From Micavibrio sp. (lineage in GTDB: Bacteria > Pseudomonadota > Alphaproteobacteria > Micavibrionales > Micavibrionaceae): DNA of 64,000 nt. Shown one piece after another: positions 9,956 through 18,674 of this stretch. Every line of letters starts with the position of its first letter. Position 1 is the stretch's first letter. The notes beneath the pieces were generated by a model. It did no database searches. It was not told the origin of the DNA and saw only the letters and a list, made by a program, of their open reading frames with translations. The DNA lies in contig JALTAZ010000010.1 in assembly GCA_027075555.1 (NCBI GenBank), positions 2,496 through 66,495 of the forward strand. Reading direction: 5' to 3'. The translations under genes and the position numbers were made by a program.

Positions 9956-11863
9956 CTATTTTTGCATCTGATTTGTTGTATCAGTAGCTTGTCTTGACCA
10001 CCAAGTCTGGGTAATCATCGGGCTTATAGATGATAGTTTTTCAGGTCTTTGAATATTATTCCAATATGCTATTCTCCACTTGGGATAGTGCCACATTGGA
10101 ATAACGTAATGATTCCATAATAATACGCGATCCATAGCTCTAGTCCTTGTAACTAAATCTTCACGTGACTTTGCTTGAATTATACCTTCTATTAGCTGGT
10201 CTATAACTGGGTCTTTAATACCGATCAAATTACGAGATCCCTTAATATCGGCCTTACTTGACCCCCAAAAATCACGTTGTTCATTACCTGGGGAGTCAGA
10301 TTGACCAAAGCCGCCAATAAGCATGTCATAGTCAAAACTTTCAATTCGTCTTTGAAATTGTGCGGAATCAACTATGCGGAATTTTGCTTCTACGCCCATA
10401 CGCTTTAAGTTTTTAACAAAGGGTAGTACCCATCTTTCATAAACAGGCATGAAATGTAGTATTTCAAAACTCAACCTTTGAATGCTTCCATCTTCTATAG
10501 TTTTAAAACGGATTCCATCTTTTCCTATTTGTTTATATCCGGCCTGCTCTAATAGCTTTATTCCCAAGCGTAAGTTCTTACGGTTATTGCCCGATCCATC
10601 GGTAGTAGGAGGTTTATATTGAGCGGTAAAAACCTCTTCAGGTATTCTACCGCGCAGTGGTTCTAATATTTCTAATTCATCGGCGCTAGGCAACCCCCTA
10701 GATGCAAGATCAGAATTTTCAAAATAGCTGTCTGTACGAACATAATCACCATAGGCAAACTGTTTATTTGACCATTCAAAATCAAACCCATATGCAAGTG
10801 CTTGACGTACAATCTTATCTTTAAATAAGGGGCGACGTATATTATATATGAATGCCTGCATACCTACAGGTCTAGAATTTTCGATCTCCTCTTTTGTAAG
10901 AAGTGCCTTTTTATCATCGGCAATATTGTAGCCTTCTTTCCATATTTTTGCGGTTGTTTCGAATTTAACATCATAATCATGTGATAAAAAGGCTTCATGA
11001 GCAACGTTAGTATCACGGTAATAATCATAAACTATTTTATCAAAGTTATTCATACCTTTAAAAAATGGTAAATCCTTTCCCCACCAGTTAGGGTTGCGTT
11101 CATATTCTATAGTGCGCCCTGCAACTACTTTAGATATTTTATAAGCGCCACTTCCTAGGGGAATATCCATAGTAGTATTAGAAAAATCTCTTCCTTCTTT
11201 TGTCCAGTAATGTTTGGGAAGTATAGGCATTTGTCCAATAATAAGTGGCAATTCGGCATTTCCACGTACTGCAAATTTGAAAATAACCGATTTATCTCCA
11301 TCAGCTTCTATAGTTTCAACATCATGCCAATATGCCCTATATAGCGGAGTTCCTTTTTCTGTAAGAGTTTTAAAGGTCCATATAACATCATCAGCCGTAA
11401 TTGGCTTGCCATCATGCCATTTTGCTTCTTCTCTTAATTCAAAACGCACCCATGATTTATCATTAGCAACACTTATGTTTTTGGCAATAATTCCATACAT
11501 GGTAAATGGCTCATCGTTACCATTTTGCATTAGGCTTTCATAGTAAATGCCAGTTCCCAGATAATTTAGACCTTCTGCAGAGTTTCCTTTGACAATAAAT
11601 GGGTTAAGGGAGTCAAAAGTGCCTATAACATGTTGCTTTAATGTTCCACCTTTGGGCGCGTTGGGATTGACGTAATCAAGATGTTTAAAGTCAGATGGGT
11701 ATTTTGGCGTTCCGTGTAGCGCTATCGCATGGGCTGGCTTGCTGCTTGTGCTGGGGAATTTTTTATCTTCTGAACTATGACTTAAAGATGATATAAAAAT
11801 AAGGTTTATTGTTATAAATAAGGCAACAAGAAAACCATTAAGACGCAAAAGATTTGAACCCAT
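9956..11863 (-). CDS. yejA: peptide ABC transporter substrate-binding protein YejA
   Basis: Signal peptide. HGTPKYP..F.H.DYVNPNAPKGG, FDSLNPF and SPGNEQ. Confidence 0.92.
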   Translation of the reverse strand: MGSNLLRLNGFLVALFITINLIFISSLSHSSEDKKFPSTSSKPAHAIALHGTPKYPSDFKHLDYVNPNAPKGGTLKQHVIGTFDSLNPFIVKGNSAEGLNYLGTGIYYESLMQNGNDEPFTMYGIIAKNISVANDKSWVRFELREEAKWHDGKPITADDVIWTFKTLTEKGTPLYRAYWHDVETIEADGDKSVIFKFAVRGNAELPLIIGQMPILPKHYWTKEGRDFSNTTMDIPLGSGAYKISKVVAGRTIEYERNPNWWGKDLPFFKGMNNFDKIVYDYYRDTNVAHEAFLSHDYDVKFETTAKIWKEGYNIADDKKALLTKEEIENSRPVGMQAFIYNIRRPLFKDKIVRQALAYGFDFEWSNKQFAYGDYVRTDSYFENSDLASRGLPSADELEILEPLRGRIPEEVFTAQYKPPTTDGSGNNRKNLRLGIKLLEQAGYKQIGKDGIRFKTIEDGSIQRLSFEILHFMPVYERWVLPFVKNLKRMGVEAKFRIVDSAQFQRRIESFDYDMLIGGFGQSDSPGNEQRDFWGSSKADIKGSRNLIGIKDPVIDQLIEGIIQAKSREDLVTRTRAMDRVLLWNHYVIPMWHYPKWRIAYWNNIQRPEKLSSISPMITQTWWSRQATDTTNQMQK

Positions 11864-11967
11864 TTTAAATTCCTTTTTTAAAATTGACGCATTTTAACAA
11901 CCATTTACACATTGTCACGCATAAATATGAAAAATTATATCTATATGTTTTTTTGTACAATATTTGT

Positions 11968-12948
11968 TCATTTAGTGTGAACTCCTTGGAAGTCAGGTTT
12001 ACCAAATAAAAACCCTTGACCATATTTAAAGTCAAAATCTAGAATTTGTAATAATATTTTCTTTGTTTCTATCTTCTCAATTATTACATCTATGCCATTA
12101 ACTTCAAGGTTATGTTTATAGCTTAAAATTTCTGAGAACCTGCTTTCTGAATTGCTATTTTTAAGCAGGCTTTGCGCCGCTATTTTTACAAAACATATTG
12201 AATTTGCTTGTAATAACTTTATATCTTTGGGAAGTTCATCAATATGATCAAGTGAAAAGCGACAGCCAATTTCTGCAAGCCCATTTAGGATTTTCTGTTC
12301 TTTTGGAGATAGCATAAGAAAATCACTATATTTAATTTCAAAAATAAGGGATTTTGCGATAAATTTATTGTGTGATAGCAAGGTTAAGAGGTTGCCTACA
12401 AATAGGCGGTTTTGCAAGGTTGAGGGCTTTATATTCACAAAACATGCAAGATTATATCTGTTATGATTTTTGCGCTGTTTGCTTAACATTTTGACAAAAT
12501 GCAATAAAAGCAGGGCATCAAGATGGTTTAGCATCGGTTCATTTGCAGCAAGTGGCATATATTCTTGTGCAGGAAGATAAACGCCTGATATAACGCGCAA
12601 GCGTCCGTATAGCTCATAAAATGAAATATGTCTTTGTGGTAGGGTGACTATGGGTTGCACGAAAGCATCAATATAGTTATGTTCCACTGCGTCTTGCAGG
12701 CATTTACGTATAATGATATTTGATGTTATGTCATCATGATGTTCTTTTGATAAAAATTCAACATTATTAGAATTTATTTTATCATTGTCTATATTATCTA
12801 TTATTTTATTTTTTAAATGGCTTTGCCCTAAAATGTGATCGGGGGCAAGAAATGCCGGTATTACATCTCCTAATGCAGAGTATTTTACCTCATCTTTAGT
12901 ATTGTTATTTTCTCTATCCATATAAAACAACCATTTAGTAACGTCCAT
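11968..12948 (-). CDS. degenerate EAL-domain protein (TipF-like c-di-GMP receptor candidate)
   Basis: QPIV, ELYGR in place of EAL, FSLDH in place of DDFG, EKIE and GQGFLFGKP. Confidence 0.75.
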   Translation of the reverse strand: MDVTKWLFYMDRENNNTKDEVKYSALGDVIPAFLAPDHILGQSHLKNKIIDNIDNDKINSNNVEFLSKEHHDDITSNIIIRKCLQDAVEHNYIDAFVQPIVTLPQRHISFYELYGRLRVISGVYLPAQEYMPLAANEPMLNHLDALLLLHFVKMLSKQRKNHNRYNLACFVNIKPSTLQNRLFVGNLLTLLSHNKFIAKSLIFEIKYSDFLMLSPKEQKILNGLAEIGCRFSLDHIDELPKDIKLLQANSICFVKIAAQSLLKNSNSESRFSEILSYKHNLEVNGIDVIIEKIETKKILLQILDFDFKYGQGFLFGKPDFQGVHTK

Positions 12949-12979
12949 TGGCCGTTATAAATGCAAATTTCATGCCGTT

Positions 12980-14059
12980 TTATTTATGGTCTGCGCCGAT
13001 AGCTTGGGAAATATTGCTAAACCCATCATGGTCAAGCAAGTCTAATAGCCCTTTATTTATATTATTGGCTATATCAGGTCCTTCATAAATCATTCCTGTA
13101 TAAATTTGAACCAGCGAAGCTCCCGCGCGGATTTTATCATAAGCATGCCTAGCTGTTGATATTCCTCCCACACCGATAATGGGCAATTTACCTCTGGTTA
13201 GTTTGTAAAATCTGCGTATAGTATCTGTGGATTTATCACGTAACGGAGCGCCACTAAGACCGCCTTTTTCTTCGCCAAATTTTTTATTAAGAAAATCAGG
13301 GCGATCAAGTGTGGTATTTGAAAGAATAACTCCGCTCACCCCGTTTTCTATAAGTGTTTTAGCTATTCCTTCTTGTTGTTTTTCATTTAAATCAGGTGCA
13401 AGCTTTACAAGCAGTGGTGTTGGATAATCTCCACCAACCCTTCTTATTGTTTTCATAACTTTAGATAGTAATTCTGATAGGGCATTTTTTTCCTGTAGAT
13501 CGCGTAAACCAGGGGTGTTGGGCGATGAAATATTAATAGTAATGTAATCAGCTTGATCTGAAAGCTCTTTTATTAGTTCAATATAATCTTCTGCTGGGAT
13601 TGTTTGCCCTTTATTCATACCAATATTAACCCCAATGATGCTACCATCAGGGCATGCAGGGTTGCTTTTGGCTTTATCAAGATTAGGCTTAAATACACGA
13701 ACCCCACCATTAGGAAAGCCCATGCGGTTTATTACAGCCTCATTTGAGGGATCACGGAAAATGCGTGGACGTGGATTACCGCCTTGTGGTTTAGGTGTAA
13801 CTGTTCCAACTTCAGTAAACCCGAATCCTAATTTTAGAACAGGAACGATAATTTCGGCGTTTTTATCAAATCCTGCTGCCATACCGACTGGGTTTTCAAA
13901 ATCAAGTCCAAAAACATTTTGCCTTAATGCCGTATCTTCTATAGGTAAGTAGCATGAACGAACCAGACCTGTTTTCATGGTTTTTATAGTTATCCCGTGA
14001 GCAATTTCAGGATCAATTTTAAATATACAAGGGCGTATAAGTTTATATAGGTTATTCAT
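12980..14059 (-). CDS. pyrD: quinone-dependent dihydroorotate dehydrogenase
   Basis: NPVGMAAGFDKNAE, INRMGF, NISSPNTPGLR and GGLSG. Confidence 0.95.
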   Translation of the reverse strand: MNNLYKLIRPCIFKIDPEIAHGITIKTMKTGLVRSCYLPIEDTALRQNVFGLDFENPVGMAAGFDKNAEIIVPVLKLGFGFTEVGTVTPKPQGGNPRPRIFRDPSNEAVINRMGFPNGGVRVFKPNLDKAKSNPACPDGSIIGVNIGMNKGQTIPAEDYIELIKELSDQADYITINISSPNTPGLRDLQEKNALSELLSKVMKTIRRVGGDYPTPLLVKLAPDLNEKQQEGIAKTLIENGVSGVILSNTTLDRPDFLNKKFGEEKGGLSGAPLRDKSTDTIRRFYKLTRGKLPIIGVGGISTARHAYDKIRAGASLVQIYTGMIYEGPDIANNINKGLLDLLDHDGFSNISQAIGADHK

Positions 14060-14062
14060 GGC

Positions 14063-14647
14063 TCAAGCCTTATCTTTATCGGATTTTACTTTCATATGTT
14101 TAAGCCCGATAATCAGATAAGACAAGCCTGTAATTAAGGTTAATATAGTGGCAAGTAATAGCAGTATAACACCAATCTCATATGCATAAGGGGAGTAACC
14201 GCTTAATATTAAAAATCCTAGTGACAGCATTTGTACAGTGGTTTTCCATTTTGCAAGTATAGTTACGGGCATTTTAATGCCTTTAGGTCCTAAAAATTCA
14301 CGTAATCCCGATACCATAAATTCACGCGCAAATATAAGCATTACCAAAATTACCCAAATACCTGTAATTCGTTCAAAAGCTACTAGCATTATAAGTATTG
14401 TTGATACAAATATCTTATCAGATATAGGATCAAGAAAAGTTCCGAAATTGCTGATTTGGTTTAATTTTCTTGCGATGTAGCCATCAAAATAATCAGTTAT
14501 TGCAGAGATTATAAATATAAAAAAACATAGCCATATAACAACTGATCCATAAGTATCTTCCAAATAGAAAAATAAGACCATAATCGGCAATAATAATATG
14601 CGTGAAATGGTTAGAATATTTGCAATGTTATTTTTAACTAACTCCAT
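14063..14647 (-). CDS. pgsA: CDP-diacylglycerol--glycerol-3-phosphate 3-phosphatidyltransferase
   Basis: NILTISRI, TDYFDGYIARK, GTFLDPISDK, SGLRE and KWKTTVQM. Confidence 0.93.
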   Translation of the reverse strand: MELVKNNIANILTISRILLLPIMVLFFYLEDTYGSVVIWLCFFIFIISAITDYFDGYIARKLNQISNFGTFLDPISDKIFVSTILIMLVAFERITGIWVILVMLIFAREFMVSGLREFLGPKGIKMPVTILAKWKTTVQMLSLGFLILSGYSPYAYEIGVILLLLATILTLITGLSYLIIGLKHMKVKSDKDKA

Positions 14648-14652
14648 ATTAT

Positions 14653-15621
14653 CTACTCTAATGTAAAAGTTGCAATAAGGGAATGATGATCCGATTCTAT
14701 AGCTTTATCTTTATTGATAGAGCTAAGAATTATGTCATTACTGAATAATATATGATCTATTGGTATTTTTAGAAATGGTAGAGTGGCAAATGATGGCCAG
14801 GTTGTTTCTGGAAATATATTGTAATTTTGATAATTAAGTTTTGATATTTTGAGCATATTTTTAAATGCAGGGCTATAAGGGGTAGAGTTCCAATCCCCCA
14901 TGAAAACTGTATTTGGCAAGTTATCACTGGCAATCCATCTTGCCATGCCATCTAATTCTGCAAAATTTTCTTTATATTTTTGTGTGCCTATAGGCGCTTC
15001 GGTGTGAACACTATAGATATTGATTTTTTCATTATCAAATGGAGAAATAGTAAATCGTAGTCCCTTTGTTTTGCATATATCGCCACATATAGATTTTATT
15101 ATAAGATTCTCGATTGGATATTTGCTATATATAGTAACATAGTTGGGGCGTTCAATATCTTTTGGCATTGTGTAGGGTAATATTTTAAGCAATTCATCAT
15201 CTAGCATTTTCAAATATTTGCCGTGGACTTCTTGCATCATAATTAGATCAATATTATTGTTTTTCACCCATTGTCCAATTTTTTTGTATGAATGGTTTTT
15301 GTAATATTTATTATATTGCGCAATTTTGATTTTATTGCCTGCATTGCTACTTATAGGCGCGGCAAAAGCTAGTGGATTACTCATCGGAGCCCTTATCTGT
15401 GCATAAGAACCCATGGCTACAGCTATTACAATAGCTGATAATAAAGCATCTTGATTTAGTAATATAAGCAATGGAAGCAGGATAATCGCTCCAGCGAAAT
15501 ACTGAATCACAAAATTTGATAATAGAGCAAAAAACCAGTGCCACTTTGCAAATAAAGACAGTGTGTAGACTGCGACCAGTATAAATGCCAAGACTGAAAT
15601 ATAATTTTTTATAAAATCCAT
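14653..15621 (-). CDS. membrane-anchored endonuclease/exonuclease/phosphatase (EEP) family protein
   Basis: N-terminal TM helices. MQE, MGDWNSTP, IPIDHIL and SDH motifs. Start reassigned to MDFIKN (ORF track runs to 15657). Confidence 0.85.
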   Translation of the reverse strand: MDFIKNYISVLAFILVAVYTLSLFAKWHWFFALLSNFVIQYFAGAIILLPLLILLNQDALLSAIVIAVAMGSYAQIRAPMSNPLAFAAPISSNAGNKIKIAQYNKYYKNHSYKKIGQWVKNNNIDLIMMQEVHGKYLKMLDDELLKILPYTMPKDIERPNYVTIYSKYPIENLIIKSICGDICKTKGLRFTISPFDNEKINIYSVHTEAPIGTQKYKENFAELDGMARWIASDNLPNTVFMGDWNSTPYSPAFKNMLKISKLNYQNYNIFPETTWPSFATLPFLKIPIDHILFSNDIILSSINKDKAIESDHHSLIATFTLE

Positions 15622-15634
15622 AAGGGTTTGCTTG

Positions 15635-15955
15635 TTATTGTAATACGAAAATAGCAATCAGAGGATAATGATCTGAGCCCATAGCAGAGCCACGGTGTTT
15701 ATCTACTAATTTAAGATCACCTTTATGCAATATATGGTCAATAGGAATTTGGAAAATATAGTCATAAAAAATATACTCATAAAATTGTGTAGCCCATGTT
15801 GGCGATGATAAGATGCTAAAATATAAAATGTCGCAGTATATATATCCAATATATATCCAATATATATCCATAAAAAACAGATATATCATGCCCCGAAAGA
15901 GGAAAGAGGCTGCTTAGCATAGAAAAAGTAAAAGAGCCAGAACAACGGCTTTCTT
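15635..15955 (-). pseudogene. degraded EEP paralog (N-terminal fragments plus intact-looking C-terminus, middle missing)
   Basis: C-terminus PTW...IPIDHILHKG...GSDHYPLIA parallels the neighbour's ETTW...IPIDHILFS...ESDHHSLIA. Other frames give KAVVLALLLFLC* and ...ILRHFIF*, similar to the neighbour's LSNFVIQY. Confidence 0.65.
15839..15870. repeat. 11-bp tandem repeat TATATATCCAA, ~2.9 copies
   Basis: Read directly. Lies inside the EEP remnant. Confidence 0.8.
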
Positions 15956-16015
15956 ATAATTATGCTTTATAATGCCTTGTTCTTGTATAACGATTTATTA
16001 AATAGGGGCTATTTA

Positions 16016-16720
16016 TTAGCCATTAACCGCCTTTTTTTTATCTTCATGTGGATCACGAAGCACATAGCCACGCCCCCATACGGTTTCAATATAGTTAGAT
16101 CCGTCAGTTGCATCGGCAAGCTTCTTACGGAGCTTGCAAATAAACACGTCGATAATTTTGGCTTCGGGCTCGTCCATACCACCATAAAGGTGGTTAAGGA
16201 ACATTTCCTTGGTAAGGGTTGAGCCTTTGCGCAATGAAAGAAGCTCTAATATACCATATTCTTTACCAGTTAAGTGAAGCGGACGGCCTGCTGCTTCTAT
16301 AGTACGCGAATCAAGATTAACTTTTATATCACCAGTTTCAATAATACTTTGAGAATGACCTTGAGAGCGACGTACAATTGCCTGAATACGTGCGACTAGC
16401 TCACGCTTATCAAATGGCTTGGTCAGGTAATCATCTGCACCAAATCCAAGCCCCTTTAATTTGTCATCAAGAGCGCTAAGTCCTGATAAGATCAAAATAG
16501 GGGTATCAACCTTTGCAGCGCGGAAAGCCTTAAGTACCTCATATCCGTCCATATCTGGAAGCATTAAATCAAGAATTATAATGTCATAATCATATATTTT
16601 TCCTAGATCAAGACCATCTTCCCCAAGATCAGTAGTATCAACTATATACCCTTCTGATTTTAGCATCAATTCAATGCTTTTTGCGGTGGACGCATCGTCC
16701 TCAACTAATAAAACGCGCAT
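16016..16720 (-). CDS. ctrA: cell-cycle response regulator CtrA
   Basis: MRVLLVEDD...[48 protein letters not shown] and [15 protein letters not shown]. Start set at ATG 16720, which has a GGGAGA SD (ORF track extends to 16798). Confidence 0.96.
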   Translation of the reverse strand: MRVLLVEDDASTAKSIELMLKSEGYIVDTTDLGEDGLDLGKIYDYDIIILDLMLPDMDGYEVLKAFRAAKVDTPILILSGLSALDDKLKGLGFGADDYLTKPFDKRELVARIQAIVRRSQGHSQSIIETGDIKVNLDSRTIEAAGRPLHLTGKEYGILELLSLRKGSTLTKEMFLNHLYGGMDEPEAKIIDVFICKLRKKLADATDGSNYIETVWGRGYVLRDPHEDKKKAVNG

Positions 16721-16769
16721 GGATTCTCCCTTTAAAATGCAGTTAGAACAAAAAGTTATACGAAGTGCG

Positions 16770-16826
16770 TTAACCTTTATTAACAAACATATTAACAAAT
16801 ATTAACAAAGTTAACAAATTGTTTAA
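16770..16826. promoter_or_regulatory. array of six TTAA(C) CtrA-type half-sites in the divergent ctrA/fliI promoter region
   Basis: TTAA at 16770, 16780, 16792, 16802, 16811 and 16823. Four of these read TTAACAAA. Confidence 0.5.
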
Positions 16827-16912
16827 TGTTTTTTATACATATTTTCTAAAATCACTAGGATTTATATTCTCTTATCTTTGTATTTTGGACAAATAAGGGT
16901 AAGCTATTTCAT

Positions 16913-18241
16913 ATGGAACGTTTAGCATATCAAGTTGCCAACATAATATCATCTATCCCTGAGCATGAGCTTTATGGACGTGTAACAAAAATCCTCGGAC
17001 TTTTGGTTGAAATTGATGGCATATCAGAGGCTTTAACTATTGGCGCTGTTGTTCACTTAAAGCCAAAAAATGGAGAGGATATACCCTGTGAAGTAATAGG
17101 TTTTCGCAGTGGGCAAGCTCTTTTGATGCCTTTTGGATCATTAGATGGTGTTGGTCTTGGTTGTGTTGCCGTAGTGCAAGATAGTGCACCTAGTATAACT
17201 CCTAGTGATAAATGGCTAGGGCGGGTAATAAATTCTTTGGCAGAGCCAATAGATGGTAAAGGAGCGTTACAGCAAGGTACAATTCCAGTATTGCTTAAAA
17301 ATAAAGCTCCATCTCCTCATGCAAGGCAAAGAGTAGGACATCAACTGGATTTAGGAGTGCGCGCAGTTAATACATTTCTTGCCACATGTCAGGGGCAGAG
17401 AATGGGTATATTTTCTGGATCTGGAGTTGGTAAATCTGTTCTTCTTTCTATGATGGCGCGTTATACTGCTGCTGATGTTTCTATCATAGGGCTAGTAGGA
17501 GAGCGCGGGCGAGAAGTTCAGGAATTTTTGCAAGATGATCTTGGTGAGGAAGGTTTGGCGCGCTCTGTTGTTGTTGTAGCAACAGGTGATGAGCCAGCGT
17601 TGATGCGTAGGCAGGCTGCTTATGTAACTATGGCTCTGGCTGAGTATTTTAGAAATCAGGGTAAGCAGGTTTTATGTTTGATTGATTCACTTACCCGTTT
17701 TGCAATGGCGCAGCGCGAAATTGGTCTTAGCGCAGGCGAGCCGCCAACATCTAAAGGGTATCCGCCAACCACCTTTGGAGAGCTTGCAAGATTGCTTGAA
17801 CGCGCAGGTCCAGGAGAGAAGGATCAGGGGTCAATCACTGGCTTATTCTCAGTTTTAGTTGAAGGTGATGATCATAACGAGCCTATATCCGATGCAGTGC
17901 GCGGCATTGTTGATGGTCATATTGTTATGGAGCGAGAAATTGCAGATCGTGGGCGTTTTCCTGCTATAAATGTGCTTAAATCTGTATCGCGTTCACTTCC
18001 CGGAGCCATAACGCCAGAGCAAAATGAAATTCTTCGCCATGCAAAGAAGATTATTACTACTTATGAGGATATGGCCGAGCTTATACGCCTTGGTGCATAT
18101 CGTAGGGGTAGTGATCCATTAGTTGATGAGGCAATATTGATATATCCTAAGGTAGAAGAATTTCTACGTCAGAATAAAGAGGAATGCACTGGCATTGAAG
18201 ATGGGTTTAAAAAACTTGCTGATATTCTTAGAATTGGATAA
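16913..18241 (+). CDS. fliI: flagellar export ATPase FliI
   Basis: GQRMGIFSGSGVGKS, GERGREV, DSLTRFAMAQREIGL and GEPP..KGYPP. Confidence 0.95.
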   Translation: MERLAYQVANIISSIPEHELYGRVTKILGLLVEIDGISEALTIGAVVHLKPKNGEDIPCEVIGFRSGQALLMPFGSLDGVGLGCVAVVQDSAPSITPSDKWLGRVINSLAEPIDGKGALQQGTIPVLLKNKAPSPHARQRVGHQLDLGVRAVNTFLATCQGQRMGIFSGSGVGKSVLLSMMARYTAADVSIIGLVGERGREVQEFLQDDLGEEGLARSVVVVATGDEPALMRRQAAYVTMALAEYFRNQGKQVLCLIDSLTRFAMAQREIGLSAGEPPTSKGYPPTTFGELARLLERAGPGEKDQGSITGLFSVLVEGDDHNEPISDAVRGIVDGHIVMEREIADRGRFPAINVLKSVSRSLPGAITPEQNEILRHAKKIITTYEDMAELIRLGAYRRGSDPLVDEAILIYPKVEEFLRQNKEECTGIEDGFKKLADILRIG

Positions 18242-18248
18242 GTGATAC

Positions 18249-18668
18249 ATGGCAGAGCTTGACCCTTTGATTCGTATGCGTAAATATGAGATAGAGCAAA
18301 GGCAAAAAGCTCTAGCTGAGTTATATAAACGGGCGCAGGATTTAAGATATGAGCGAGATTCCCTAGAATCGCAGCTAGCAATTGAAGCGGAAAAAACACG
18401 GGAAATGGACGCAGATTTTTTAAGCTATTTCGGGGCGTATTCAAACAAGATGCAAAAAGAAATAGAAGCCATAGATCGCAAGCGCTCTAAGCTAGAAAAT
18501 CAGATTAAAATGGCTCAAGATCACGTGCGCGATGCCTTTGCAGAGCTTAAGAAAGTTGAAATTATCAATGATCGCCGCAGGGAAGAAGAGCTATCTGTCC
18601 TTGATAAAAAAGAAGCTGATGAACTTGATGAAATTGCGATTGATAGATTTAGACGTAAAGGCGAGTAG
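18249..18668 (+). CDS. fliJ: flagellar export protein FliJ
   Basis: 139-aa coiled-coil protein directly after fliI, ending ELDEIAI. Confidence 0.85.
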   Translation: MAELDPLIRMRKYEIEQRQKALAELYKRAQDLRYERDSLESQLAIEAEKTREMDADFLSYFGAYSNKMQKEIEAIDRKRSKLENQIKMAQDHVRDAFAELKKVEIINDRRREEELSVLDKKEADELDEIAIDRFRRKGE

Positions 18669-18674
18669 TAGCTA

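Noticed and set aside
11894..11908. TTAA-N7-TTAC possible CtrA site upstream of yejA
   Set aside because: A one-mismatch match is likely by chance in AT-rich DNA, and there is no supporting context.
16721..16798. N-terminal extension of CtrA in the ORF track
   Set aside because: The conserved protein starts at MRVLLVED with an SD. The extension merely reads through the promoter array.
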